Shown piece after piece: positions 18,766 to 28,313 of a DNA stretch of 60,717 bases. Location: positions 1-60,717 of the forward strand of contig CAZPCW010000004.1 in NCBI GenBank assembly GCA_964585175.1, written 5' to 3'. A program made the translations under genes and the position numbers. The notes beneath the pieces were generated by a model that was not told the origin of the DNA, made no database searches, and saw only the letters and a list, made by a program, of their open reading frames with translations. This DNA is from an uncultured Thermoplasmata archaeon (GTDB taxonomy: Archaea; Thermoplasmatota; Thermoplasmata; Halarchaeoplasmatales; Halarchaeoplasmataceae). Numbering within the stretch: the first letter of the stretch is position 1; the number at the start of each line of letters is the position of its first letter.

Positions 18766-19998
18766 TCAACTAATCCTAAAGCGAAGTAATCCGGCTATTC
18801 CTCCAAAAGCATTTAGTAAAAGTTGACCTTCCTCCGACTCGTCGGATATAAGCTCTACGTCGGTGCCGACATTTTCCGCCTCTTCGAAAAGAATGTCTAT
18901 CATATCAGTTCTATCTACCACTTCTACTTGTGAATCACACTCAGGACACATGTGATCTTCCTGAGAATCAGTATCTATTGTCATGGTTCCTTCGCTGCTA
19001 CATTCTTGACATTCGTATTCTATCCTCTCTTTATCTATACCATCCGATATAAGCAGCGTATCTACGGCTCCCATCCTTAGAGCTTTCATCACTTCTTCTT
19101 CGCCGTAAGTCGCAAGTCCGGCATCAGGATCTTTGATCTCGCTCATGAGTCTATCGACCAGTTCTTTTTCCTTCATCACTTCAAGATCCGATAGGGTCTC
19201 TTGGGCGTTCTCCATCAGTTCTTTGAGTCCGTACTCATCTGTGTATCCAGTGTTGAAAGTATCTACTATTTTCTTTTCCAGTTCATGGTGCAAGAAGTCA
19301 CCGTCTACGAAATTGTCCTTTGTTTTTCCTGGTCCACCTATCAATACTCCGTCAATTTCTTCTTCTAGAAGTAATCCATTTGCTTTGTCCCCTACCCTCT
19401 TGAAGTAATCTTGAGCCGCTTTTTCTATCCTTCTTTCGAAACGCTGGGCTGATTGTCCTCCTTTAGAGTGTTTGCTTGGCACCATAGACTGGATGTGATT
19501 CAAGGTTTGTACTCTGTTTCCTTTCAAGATGCCGATAGTCGCTTCACTTCTATCTATAACAATAAGGCCGTACTGTTCTCTCTCCCCTACCATGTCCTTT
19601 AGGGGTTCAACGTAAAATTCAGAATCACACCGATAGGTGAAAGTCTGAAGTTTTTCCGGCGGCTCCACCGTCTTGGAGATCATCTCAGTCTTGTCTCCAC
19701 TGGCTGAAACGTGTCCAACAAAGAAGATTACTCCGTTTTCGGGTACTTGGTCAAAGTATTTAAGTTTAGATAAGATGGACTTCAAAGCCGATTGAACATG
19801 TTTTCTAGTCGATTTTGACTTTATGTTGGAACTCTCTGACATCTCTTCGTTCAAGTACGAGGAAACATCGGGTATAGATTTATCTGGAGGGACATATAAC
19901 GAGATCAGTTCAGTCCCTCTACCTCTGAGGTCCTCGATGTCCTCTATCGCTTTTTTGAATTCGTACTCGTCTTTCTTGGACATCTCCATGATTATCAA
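18766..19998 (-). CDS. prf1: Peptide chain release factor aRF1
   Basis: NIKS motif (SSNIKSKSTR), GGQ motif (HSKGGQSAQRF), and an LISLYVPPDK N-terminal domain. Confidence 0.95.
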   Translation of the reverse strand: MIIMEMSKKDEYEFKKAIEDIEDLRGRGTELISLYVPPDKSIPDVSSYLNEEMSESSNIKSKSTRKHVQSALKSILSKLKYFDQVPENGVIFFVGHVSASGDKTEMISKTVEPPEKLQTFTYRCDSEFYVEPLKDMVGEREQYGLIVIDRSEATIGILKGNRVQTLNHIQSMVPSKHSKGGQSAQRFERRIEKAAQDYFKRVGDKANGLLLEEEIDGVLIGGPGKTKDNFVDGDFLHHELEKKIVDTFNTGYTDEYGLKELMENAQETLSDLEVMKEKELVDRLMSEIKDPDAGLATYGEEEVMKALRMGAVDTLLISDGIDKERIEYECQECSSEGTMTIDTDSQEDHMCPECDSQVEVVDRTDMIDILFEEAENVGTDVELISDESEEGQLLLNAFGGIAGLLRFRIS

Positions 19999-20110
19999 TT
20001 ATAATGCCATAGAAAGGTGGTTGTTAAAAATCTTTCGTGATTGATCTTTCGATGATGCAACGATAACTATGCTTCATGTAAAGATATTGATCAGGCACAG
20101 GGAGAAGAGA

Positions 20111-20890
20111 TTACTCCCCTAACGCTCCTTCTAAGATTTCGAAAAATTCCTCTCGAGTATTTTTTTCGTACCAAGGATAATGCCCACAGTCTTCCAAAAG
20201 AACGAATTCAAAAGCCTTTAGTTCTCTTGATATAGGTTCTTTCACGCCTTCGTAGGGATGAGGGTCATAGTCTCCATGTATGGCTAGTACGGGACAGTCT
20301 ATCTTTTTCATGAATTCAATCAACTCATCTTCTCGCCTCAATCTTTCAGCTTCCTTCCAGACTCTTCTGTGGACTTCCGGCTGAAATTCTATCACTTCGT
20401 CATCATGATCTAGAGGGTCATAACAGTCGGTTTTAGACATCAGGTCCTTCAACCTGTTCGGTCTTTTATTCGGTTTGCTATATTCTTGGAGTTTCCGTAT
20501 CTCCTCCTCAAATTCCTCTTTTTCATTCTCTTTCAACCTTTCTAATCGAGTTTTCATTATATCATCAACGTATTCCGTTTCTAGAGGTCCACTGCCTATC
20601 ATGATCAGCTTCTTGACATAATTGGGATATTCAGCGGTGAAAAGAAAATCTAGCCAAGCACCCCAGGAGTGACCAATCAGGTAGATGGGAGTATTCCCCT
20701 TTTTCTCGGCGATAGACTTCAATTCTTCTATCTGACCCTCTATGGATTCCTCCGAAAGTAAAGGTTCAAGAATGCCGTGTTCTTTCGAGAGTTCCCTAGC
20801 TAAAGGGGCGGCATCACCTGGAATGCCAGGGCCCCCATGGACCACGACCACATTGTATGGGCTCTCCCCATAGTTTCTGAAGTTTTTCAT
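20111..20890 (-). CDS. Alpha/beta-fold hydrolase (proline iminopeptidase/esterase-like)
   Basis: VVVHGGPG oxyanion region, nucleophile elbow GHSWGA, and a C-terminal GHYPW histidine motif. Confidence 0.7.
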   Translation of the reverse strand: MKNFRNYGESPYNVVVVHGGPGIPGDAAPLARELSKEHGILEPLLSEESIEGQIEELKSIAEKKGNTPIYLIGHSWGAWLDFLFTAEYPNYVKKLIMIGSGPLETEYVDDIMKTRLERLKENEKEEFEEEIRKLQEYSKPNKRPNRLKDLMSKTDCYDPLDHDDEVIEFQPEVHRRVWKEAERLRREDELIEFMKKIDCPVLAIHGDYDPHPYEGVKEPISRELKAFEFVLLEDCGHYPWYEKNTREEFFEILEGALGE

Positions 20891-21078
20891 GTTTTTCGAC
20901 CGGTACCGTATTTACGCAATCGGTGTATTTTTTTCTATGGGGTAAAAAGCACAAATATTCTTCATAATGATGTTCTCTCCTTTACAAAAACATTTTTTGT
21001 CATCTATAATAGAAGATGGTTTTGTTCAAAAATGAAAAACCTTAATAATCTTCTATACTTCCGAATTATCAAGATAAG

Positions 21079-22419
21079 ATGAGCGAGAAAGTCACAGTTA
21101 TAGGAAGCGGACCAGGCGGATATAAGAGCGCTTTACACGCTGCTGAAGCCGGTTTCGATGTAAAGCTAATTGAAAAATGGACCATTGGAGGAGTATGCAC
21201 TAATAGGGGATGTATACCTTCAAAAGCTTTCCTATCGGTTTCAGAAAGGATCGATGCGATCAAAGGAGCTAGAAGAAAAGGTTTGAAAGCCGAGTTAAAG
21301 GATATAGATACAGAGAAAATACAGGACATAGTAAGTAGAGCAGTTAAGAAATCGAGGAAAGGGATAGAGAATCAATTGGAGGAAAAAGGTATCGAAGTGT
21401 TGAAAGGAGAAGGAAAGATAATCGATGAAAATACAGTAGAGGTCGGTGATGAAATATATAAGTCGGATTATATCATAATCGCAACAGGATCGAAACCCAT
21501 CGAAGTCCCAGGTATAGATTTCGATAATTCCGACATCATGACCAGTAGGAGCGCGCTGTACATAGACGAGGTGCCTGACTCGATGGTCGTTGTTGGAGGG
21601 GGTTATATAGGCGTCGAGCTTGCCTCAGTTTACTCTTCACTGGGAACGGATATCATCATGGTGGAGTTATTGGATAGGATCCTGCCAGTAATGGACAAAT
21701 CATTGAGCGATGAAACCGAAAGAATATTGAAAAGAAAAAGGTTCGATCTCCATACCGGTTCAAAGGTAACAGACGTTACAGAAGATGATGATTCATTAAG
21801 AGTGAAGATCGAGGGTGACACGGAAAAAACGATCGAAACAGATAAAGTTCTATGCGCTGTTGGAAGGAAACCCACACCTCCGGAGACCGATCTAGATATT
21901 GTTTCCGAAGCTGGAGAGATAATCACGGACGAGCACATGAAAACACCTATAGATAATATATATGCCGTAGGTGACGTCAACGGAAAGAATCTGTTGGCTC
22001 ATTCAGCTTATAAACAGGCTGAGATAGCTGTTAAAGATATGCAGGGTAAGGATTGCAGAGGATTTTCGGAATATAATGTTCCGGCGGGAGTATACACCCA
22101 TCCTGAGATAGCTACGGTTGGTTTGACACAAACTGAGGCCGAGGAGAGATATGACGAGATAGAGATAGGAGAGATACCTATCTCGGCCATTGGGAGAGGC
22201 AGTTCTACAGGACAGCGCTCAGGACTTGCTAAAGTGATAGAAGCTGAAGGAAAAATACAGGGAATACATCTGATTTGTCCGGGAGCAACGGATATAATAC
22301 AGGAGGGGACTCTAGCAATGAATAATGAGATGAGCGCTGAAGAGTTAGCAGACGTTATCCACCCACATCCAACATATTCTGAAGCACTATGGAAAGCGGT
22401 TAAAGAGGTCAGCGATTAA
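21079..22419 (+). CDS. lpdA: Dihydrolipoyl (dihydrolipoamide) dehydrogenase
   Basis: FAD site VIGSGPGGY, redox-active disulfide GGVCTNRGCIPSK, NAD site VVGGGYIGVE, and a C-terminal HPHPTYSE dyad. Confidence 0.9.
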   Translation: MSEKVTVIGSGPGGYKSALHAAEAGFDVKLIEKWTIGGVCTNRGCIPSKAFLSVSERIDAIKGARRKGLKAELKDIDTEKIQDIVSRAVKKSRKGIENQLEEKGIEVLKGEGKIIDENTVEVGDEIYKSDYIIIATGSKPIEVPGIDFDNSDIMTSRSALYIDEVPDSMVVVGGGYIGVELASVYSSLGTDIIMVELLDRILPVMDKSLSDETERILKRKRFDLHTGSKVTDVTEDDDSLRVKIEGDTEKTIETDKVLCAVGRKPTPPETDLDIVSEAGEIITDEHMKTPIDNIYAVGDVNGKNLLAHSAYKQAEIAVKDMQGKDCRGFSEYNVPAGVYTHPEIATVGLTQTEAEERYDEIEIGEIPISAIGRGSSTGQRSGLAKVIEAEGKIQGIHLICPGATDIIQEGTLAMNNEMSAEELADVIHPHPTYSEALWKAVKEVSD

Positions 22420-22488
22420 AGCGCCTTTTTTCAAAAAATCTTTTCTTTTTTTCTATCCGCCAGGTATATAACATCGATATCAAGATTC

Positions 22489-23628
22489 TCATTCTTCGTT
22501 TTTCAAGCTTTTTTCTTTCTCCTCGATCGTTTCCATTTTACTATCTAAATCATTTTCTAGTTCTTTCAATTCCTGTTCTTTTTCCTCTAACTCATTTTCT
22601 CGCTCCTTAAGATCCTCTCTCCTTTTAGATATACCCACCTCTTTTTTTTCTAACTTTTCGAGTTTCTTCTCCAACCTTTCTTTTTTCTCTTCGACCTCTG
22701 CTTTTTTTTCATTGATTTCTTTTTCCAGCTCTTCTATCTCGGCTTCCTTCTGATCCAATCTTCGAGTTCTTTCTCCCAATTTTTCGCTTTCGTTCTCAAT
22801 TTCTTCTTTTATCTTTTCCTGTCTCTCGTTTTCTTTCTTTATCTCAGTAAGCTTTGAATCTAAGCGTTTTTTTTCTTTTTCTATACTCTTTCTGATGTTT
22901 TCTAGGTTTTTTTCTTTTTTTTCCAATTTTTTTTCACTCTTTTTGACGTCTTTCTCTTTTTTGGAGATTTTCTTTTCCATCTCTTTTAATTTGATTTCTC
23001 TTTTTTCTACCTGTTCCTCCTTAGATTCTAGTTTTTTTCTATATCTATCTAGTTCATCTTTTTCCTCTTCAAAGTTCTCTTGTTCACCCATCAATTCTTT
23101 TATGGCCTTCAGGGTTTCTAAGTTGATATCTTTATCGGAAATCGTCTCTCCTTCCGTTTCTTTTTCGAAGTTTCCTTGCTCTTGCGGGATTTTTTCTTTT
23201 TCGAGTTCGAGATCACTCATCTGATCGAATGAATTTTCTGATAACATTCTTTTTTTATCGATTAGGAGATCTATGTCTTCATCTATCTTTCCATATTCTA
23301 TTTTTGATAGAATTTGATCGATCGATAAAGAAGAGGTAGAATGGGAATAAGTATACAGTTCGAGTAGAGCTTCATCATTTGAGGAGTAACGACGAAAGTT
23401 GGATACTGCCCTATTACCGTATATTTTCTCCTCACATTTCTTTAACTCTGCAGCTTTAGGTTTTGAATTTTTGAAAATGATTTTACCCTCGACACCACCG
23501 TTTTTATCTTCATAAATGAGTTTAAAGTATCCGTCTAAATTTTTCCTCCTGATGATCTCAATAAAGTTTTTGAAGGTCTTTTTTCCTCCTGTAGAGCTCA
23601 TCAGTCTTTTCCCCGGTGGAACATCCAT
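22489..23628 (-). CDS. Long coiled-coil protein with a small N-terminal globular domain (DUF4388/DUF2226-like, by pattern only)
   Basis: N-terminal FKNFIEIIRRKNLDGYFKLIYED..GKIIFKNSKPKAA. It is followed by ~220 aa of uninterrupted E/K heptad-like sequence. Confidence 0.45.
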   Translation of the reverse strand: MDVPPGKRLMSSTGGKKTFKNFIEIIRRKNLDGYFKLIYEDKNGGVEGKIIFKNSKPKAAELKKCEEKIYGNRAVSNFRRYSSNDEALLELYTYSHSTSSLSIDQILSKIEYGKIDEDIDLLIDKKRMLSENSFDQMSDLELEKEKIPQEQGNFEKETEGETISDKDINLETLKAIKELMGEQENFEEEKDELDRYRKKLESKEEQVEKREIKLKEMEKKISKKEKDVKKSEKKLEKKEKNLENIRKSIEKEKKRLDSKLTEIKKENERQEKIKEEIENESEKLGERTRRLDQKEAEIEELEKEINEKKAEVEEKKERLEKKLEKLEKKEVGISKRREDLKERENELEEKEQELKELENDLDSKMETIEEKEKSLKNEE

Positions 23629-23723
23629 CTTCGAGACACCTTCTTTCTTATAGAGTGAGATGATGTGTTATAACTTTTGCTTGTTATGTGCAACAGTGGC
23701 AAAAATAAGGTTTTCGAAGATTC

Positions 23724-26189
23724 TCACATTGATATGGGAATATTCTCCATTTCTCTCTTGACTTTTTCAGCCTTTTTTTCCGCGCCGCTTTTAGAGAGCG
23801 AAAGCACGGCTTTTCTATAATTTTCTGCCAAAGCCTCTGGATCATTGTTTTTCTCTTGGACTTTTGCTAGGGAGAAGTAAGTAAGACCTAGTTGATACTG
23901 CTGTCCCAGTTCATTATAAAGAGATATAGCTTTATTCAGATGATCTTCGGCTTTAATCTCTCTGTCGGTTTCTAGGTAAGCTTTTCCCAGTAATGCTTCT
24001 GTGAAGGCTCTTTCTCTTTTATCTTCTGACAGCATGGACTCTTTGGCATCCTTGGCTGATTTTATAGCCTTTTCATAACTTTCGTTTTCCATATGACTTT
24101 CTGCTAATGATAGTAGAGCCGCTGTTTTCAGATCCTCGTACTCGGTCTGTATAGGGCCAGCACGTTCCTCGTGAAATTGAGTCCTGAACCGTATCTCTGC
24201 ATCTTCTAATTCTTTAAGCACTTTGTAAAGCATTCCGCTCTTTCTTCTCCCCCTCATGTCTCTATTTGATTTGTCCAGTTTGCTCCAGGATTTTAATCCC
24301 ATCTTGAACGGTTCTATTGCCTGTTCTTCTCTGCCCTGTTTTTTCTCCATCCTAGCTAATATGAAATATGAGGAAGTTAGTAGATGATGGTCTTCTCCAT
24401 GTACTAGTATTTGGATAGCTTTTTTGAGATCTTCTTTTGCTTTCTCGTAATCATCGTTCTTGTTCCAGATCTCTCCTCTCCTCGCATATATCCTGCCGAG
24501 TTCATCGTCTCTTTTTAGTTTCTCTTTTATGTTTTTAGCTATCCTTTCTGCTTCGTTGAGATCATGTATAGCTCTGTCATATTCTCCCAGTTTTTCCTCG
24601 ACCTTACCTAAACTGAGATAGGCTCTAAGCTCCCATCTTTTTTCATCCGTTTCATCTAAAAGCGTTTCAAACAATTTTTTACTCTTTTCGAATTCTCGAT
24701 TCACACGTCTTGCTTCTGCCTCGTAGAATATGATGAGCGGATTGTCTTCTTTTTCTTCAATTTTGGAAAGAAGCTGTATAAGAACCTGGCTGTAACCGTT
24801 AGAAATTATTTCTGAACCGAGTTCTTCAAGCCATGATTTGGCTTTTTTGATTTCATCTGAGCTGATCAGATGGTAAAATTTTTCTAGTTCTTCTCTAGAG
24901 GAAAGATTGTTTTTTTCCTCAAAATATTTGGCCGCTAGAGCATCAAGATCTTTTCTTACTTCTTTTGATATCATCTTTTTCTTTTTTTTTCTAACTCCGT
25001 CCGGCACTGTGATCTTTTCTTCTTCATTCTCTATTATCAGAGGTGTATCTATTGCTTCCTGAATGTTCTCGTCGTTGATTGCTCCTATTCTTTTCAATTC
25101 TTCTTTCTCAATGGGATATCGAAAGATGGATAGATAATTCAGTGCTAAAGAGGTCTCAAAACTTATTTCTCTCGAAAGTATCTTATCAAAATCCTCGTAT
25201 TCACTCTCCTCTAAATACCTTTTCTTGTATATCGGTAGCTCCTCAGGAAAATCTAGAACCATAGAATCTTCTAAGGCTTCTTTGATTCCATCTCCCTCTG
25301 TAGCTAGTAATATCCGTATATGTTGAAATTCCGAGACATCTCTAGCTATTTTCAGTATTATCTCTTTCAAATCTGGTTGAAGGTCTATACTGTCGAATAT
25401 CAATAGGGCAGAAGAGTATTTGAGATCATCCTTTAGTTTTTTCAGGCTGGTTCTAGGATTCAGCCATTCTGCTAAATCCCTATAATTGGATAGATTTACC
25501 TTTCCGAGCTCTTTGAGAAAGCTTGAAAGACTATCCCATAGATCGATCGGTGCGCTGTGTTCCTTGACCTTAAAGAAAAAAATATTAGTATTTTCCTGGA
25601 ATATACGGGTGAATGCACCCAATCGGTATGGAAAATGACCTTTCAACAAACCGGTTCCTTCTTTGTCCCTGTACCAATCTTCTAGCACATCAGTTTCTAT
25701 ATCTTTAAATGTTTCTTTCATAGGAAGTCCTGACCTATAGAGCACGGGCGCTCCTTCTTCACCCCCAACTCTTACCTTTATTCCTCCGTCCTCCTGTTTT
25801 AAAATCGTATCAAGGACACTCATCTCGGACCGGACGTATTTATCAACATTCTTGACCTTGACCATTCTCTCTTCTCCGTATACATCTATATCTACAGTAG
25901 ATTCCTTCATCTCTTTTCGTTTCTTTTTTGCTTCGTTAACACCATCCTCTGTCAGATAATAGGTTTTCATCCTCTGTTTTTTTCCCTTCACCCTACTAGT
26001 CTTTTCCTCCAAGAACTCTGACTCTTTGAGTTTTTTAAGGGCGTAGGATATCGTATTTTGCCTGAGACCCAATTGCTCTGACATTCCACCCTGAGTAACT
26101 TCTAATGGCTGGGTGTAATCATCCTTAGATTGTTCATAATCTAAAAGGTGGACCAATATTTTGTCTTTAGACGTGAAAGAATCGCTCAT
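23724..26189 (-). CDS. wHTH / degenerate STAND-like NTPase / TPR-repeat protein (putative regulator or sensor)
   Basis: N-terminal MarR/TrmB-like winged helix (MSEQLGLRQNTISYALKKLKESEFLEE). A central region has a Walker-B-like LLIFDSIDL, but I found no GxxxxGK[ST]. There are at least 6 TPR-like repeats in the C-terminal ~330 aa. Confidence 0.55.
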   Translation of the reverse strand: MSDSFTSKDKILVHLLDYEQSKDDYTQPLEVTQGGMSEQLGLRQNTISYALKKLKESEFLEEKTSRVKGKKQRMKTYYLTEDGVNEAKKKRKEMKESTVDIDVYGEERMVKVKNVDKYVRSEMSVLDTILKQEDGGIKVRVGGEEGAPVLYRSGLPMKETFKDIETDVLEDWYRDKEGTGLLKGHFPYRLGAFTRIFQENTNIFFFKVKEHSAPIDLWDSLSSFLKELGKVNLSNYRDLAEWLNPRTSLKKLKDDLKYSSALLIFDSIDLQPDLKEIILKIARDVSEFQHIRILLATEGDGIKEALEDSMVLDFPEELPIYKKRYLEESEYEDFDKILSREISFETSLALNYLSIFRYPIEKEELKRIGAINDENIQEAIDTPLIIENEEEKITVPDGVRKKKKKMISKEVRKDLDALAAKYFEEKNNLSSREELEKFYHLISSDEIKKAKSWLEELGSEIISNGYSQVLIQLLSKIEEKEDNPLIIFYEAEARRVNREFEKSKKLFETLLDETDEKRWELRAYLSLGKVEEKLGEYDRAIHDLNEAERIAKNIKEKLKRDDELGRIYARRGEIWNKNDDYEKAKEDLKKAIQILVHGEDHHLLTSSYFILARMEKKQGREEQAIEPFKMGLKSWSKLDKSNRDMRGRRKSGMLYKVLKELEDAEIRFRTQFHEERAGPIQTEYEDLKTAALLSLAESHMENESYEKAIKSAKDAKESMLSEDKRERAFTEALLGKAYLETDREIKAEDHLNKAISLYNELGQQYQLGLTYFSLAKVQEKNNDPEALAENYRKAVLSLSKSGAEKKAEKVKREMENIPISM

Positions 26190-26390
26190 GTGTGAAAATA
26201 TAAAATGTTAAATCCCTTATTTGAAGATTTCCAATACTTATAGAAATTTTTTTACCTGGTAAAAAATTATTTTCGATCCTTAGGATTTGTTAAAAATGTC
26301 CGTGAAGTTTTCTAAAAAAACTACTGCAGATAGATAAATAACTAGGAGAAAAAAATTAGGAGATAGGATCACGGGTTTTATCACCGTTCA

Positions 26391-26624
26391 TCATCTATCA
26401 CCGTTAAAGACACGAACTTGAAGATTAGAATTTTTCTTCAAGTTTTCATCGTCTTCTGAGGATTTGTCCATCTTAACATAAGATAGAGTTATAGTTTGTT
26501 TGAGAACGTTGACACCCTCTTTATATCTTTGTGTTTCTACTGAAATAGGTTTCCATCTAGGTCCTAGGTATCTAGTCAACTCAAGTAGGGAAGAATTTTC
26601 ATTATCGCTTTCATTTTCCGTCAT
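26391..26624 (-). CDS. Small hypothetical protein, paralog A of a two-member family in this window
   Basis: The 77-aa protein shares SLLELT..LG..WKP.SV.T.R....L.QTITLSYVK....SNLQ..VF.GD with the ORF at 28006-28236. It has a conserved promoter-like upstream element. Confidence 0.5.
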   Translation of the reverse strand: MTENESDNENSSLLELTRYLGPRWKPISVETQRYKEGVNVLKQTITLSYVKMDKSSEDDENLKKNSNLQVRVFNGDR

Positions 26625-26701
26625 GTTATCAAATACTGTTTGTGCCTTTATCGAATATAAACCAAATCCCGGTTTATCAATCTTGATAACTAGATATCAA
26701 A
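26625..26701 (-). promoter_or_regulatory. Conserved upstream module of paralog A: an A/T box plus a 44-nt dyad-rich element
   Basis: In gene orientation, TTTATATT lies ~29 nt before the ATG. The block 26658-26701 matches 28270-28313 at 43 of 44 positions. It contains TAAACC-N7-GGTTTA, TTATCAA-N2-TTGATAA and TTGATA-N6-TATCAA. Confidence 0.55.
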
Positions 26702-26882
26702 ATTACTAGGTTGGTATCAAATATACTAAGAAAATAACAATAAAATTAGGATAAGCTTCCAGCCTGTCCTTTGAAAATTCGAGAAAAGGTATAAATATTC
26801 GTAGTAGAAATAACACAAATGATATTAGCTTCTCTCAGGCACAATCGATAAACCTGATACCATCTTAAGAAGGTCAAAAATT

Positions 26883-27917
26883 ATGGCAGGATCAGACTCA
26901 GAAAAAAAGAGTAAAAAATTATTCTACAATCGTTTAGCTAGAGCTATCATTCCCGCCGGAAAACAGACGGAAACGGGAGAAGATATCTATGATGATGAAG
27001 ATTGGACTAATATGAAGATAAAACTTACTGATCAGCACTTCGTTTATGAGAAGGAGGGAGAAAAAGGGACTATCGAGGTAGATGATATTTACTATATCGA
27101 TAGGGTATTTCCCCACCCTAAAGCCGATTCCCCGAAAGTCCTTAGTTTCAATTATCAAACCGAGGAGGGCGATTTCGTAGCACTAATAAAAAACAGAACT
27201 ACCAGATCAAAAGAGATTCTAAAAAAGAGACTTTTGAGACAGATAATCAAGGATGCGAATATATGGTATATCTCTCCTAGAAGTGTTGGACTGCAAGACT
27301 CAGTCAACCAGGGATGGAATGAAGGGGTATTCAAAATAGGAGAGGACAATACCTTAAGGATAGAAAATACAAATGGTGAGGTCGTTACGACTATTCCTCC
27401 GGAAGACGTGATAAGGTTGAACCCGATCACCAAAGCGAAGAGAGTCAATCTTAAGATATTTTATTGGATAGAAGATGAAGTCCAGGTTGATCTAGTGTAC
27501 TCTACCGAGATACCACTAGAATTGGTGAGTGATTTTTTCTATACAGATTATCTAGAGGAAGAAAAGGAAGAAAGGGTATCGGATTTGAGCCCGAAAGAAC
27601 AAAAGACACTCATGGCTATGATGGAAAAGGAAGATGAGCAGGAGGAGGAAGTCACCTTATCGGAAGAGAAATTGATATCGAGTCTATCGATGAAGGAGGA
27701 AGAAGCTCAAGAGATCCTATCGTCTCTTGAATCGAAAGATTTGATTTGCAGGATGGGTTCTAAGATACTTCGTACTTTTTCGGGTGTAAACAACACTCCT
27801 GAGAAAATAGTCGAAAAAGAAGAAGAAAACAAAGGAAAAGAATTGAAAAAAAAGGCGAAAGAACTCAAGAAGAGACTTGAGGCTTTGAAATCGATGAAAG
27901 ACGAAAAACAGTCTTGA
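26883..27917 (+). CDS. Acidic hypothetical protein with two similar beta-rich modules (PH/GRAM-like?), a possible small wHTH, and a K/E coiled-coil tail
   Basis: Internal similarity between KIKLTDQHFVYEKEGEKGTIEVDDIYYIDRV and FKIGEDNTLRIENTNGEVVTTIPPEDVIRLNPI. C-terminal KELKKKAKELKKRLEALK. No family is firmly recognised; it is faintly reminiscent of archaeal CheF/DUF439. Confidence 0.4.
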   Translation: MAGSDSEKKSKKLFYNRLARAIIPAGKQTETGEDIYDDEDWTNMKIKLTDQHFVYEKEGEKGTIEVDDIYYIDRVFPHPKADSPKVLSFNYQTEEGDFVALIKNRTTRSKEILKKRLLRQIIKDANIWYISPRSVGLQDSVNQGWNEGVFKIGEDNTLRIENTNGEVVTTIPPEDVIRLNPITKAKRVNLKIFYWIEDEVQVDLVYSTEIPLELVSDFFYTDYLEEEKEERVSDLSPKEQKTLMAMMEKEDEQEEEVTLSEEKLISSLSMKEEEAQEILSSLESKDLICRMGSKILRTFSGVNNTPEKIVEKEEENKGKELKKKAKELKKRLEALKSMKDEKQS

Positions 27918-28005
27918 ATATTTTTTCTAGAGGATTTTAGAAGTAGAAAGTGTTAATAGAGTGTAGGCTAGGAGAAATGGGTAGGTGAAATGCCAATGCC
28001 GTATA

Positions 28006-28236
28006 TCAATCCCCTTGAAATACTTTTATCTGCAGGTTAGATTCTTTATTCAATTCATCTTCTTCGTCAGGAGGATTTGTCACTTTTACGTATGAGAGAG
28101 TAATGGTCTGCTGAAGCAGGTCATTTCTTTCCCTGTGTCTTTTTGTTTTTACTGAAACGGGTTTCCATCCGGTCCCTAGAAGTTTAGTCAACTCTAAAAG
28201 GGAATATCCCTCTTCTACACTTTTGCTTTCCGACAT
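28006..28236 (-). CDS. Small hypothetical protein, paralog B
   Basis: The 76-aa protein is identical to paralog A at 40 of 76 positions in my hand alignment. It has the same upstream element at the same spacing. Confidence 0.5.
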   Translation of the reverse strand: MSESKSVEEGYSLLELTKLLGTGWKPVSVKTKRHRERNDLLQQTITLSYVKVTNPPDEEDELNKESNLQIKVFQGD

Positions 28237-28313
28237 GTTATCGTATGCTGTTTGTGCTTTCTTAAGATTTAAACCAAATCCCGGTTTATCAATTTTGATA
28301 ACTAGATATCAAA
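28237..28313 (-). promoter_or_regulatory. Conserved upstream module of paralog B: an A/T box plus a 44-nt dyad-rich element
   Basis: In gene orientation, TTTAAATC lies ~29 nt before the ATG. The block 28270-28313 is near-identical to 26658-26701. Confidence 0.55.

Noticed and set aside
18766-19998. A CxxC...CxxC segment (ECQECSS...MCPECDS) in the C-terminal domain of aRF1, considered as a possible novel zinc-ribbon insertion.
   Set aside because: The C-terminal domain of aRF1/eRF1 has a variable mini-domain at this position. Without an alignment I cannot claim novelty.
21079-22419. Stand-alone dihydrolipoamide dehydrogenase with no E1 or E2 genes nearby, considered as an orphan-gene oddity.
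   Set aside because: Partner genes may simply lie outside the window. Orphan lpd genes are common, so this is not informative on its own.
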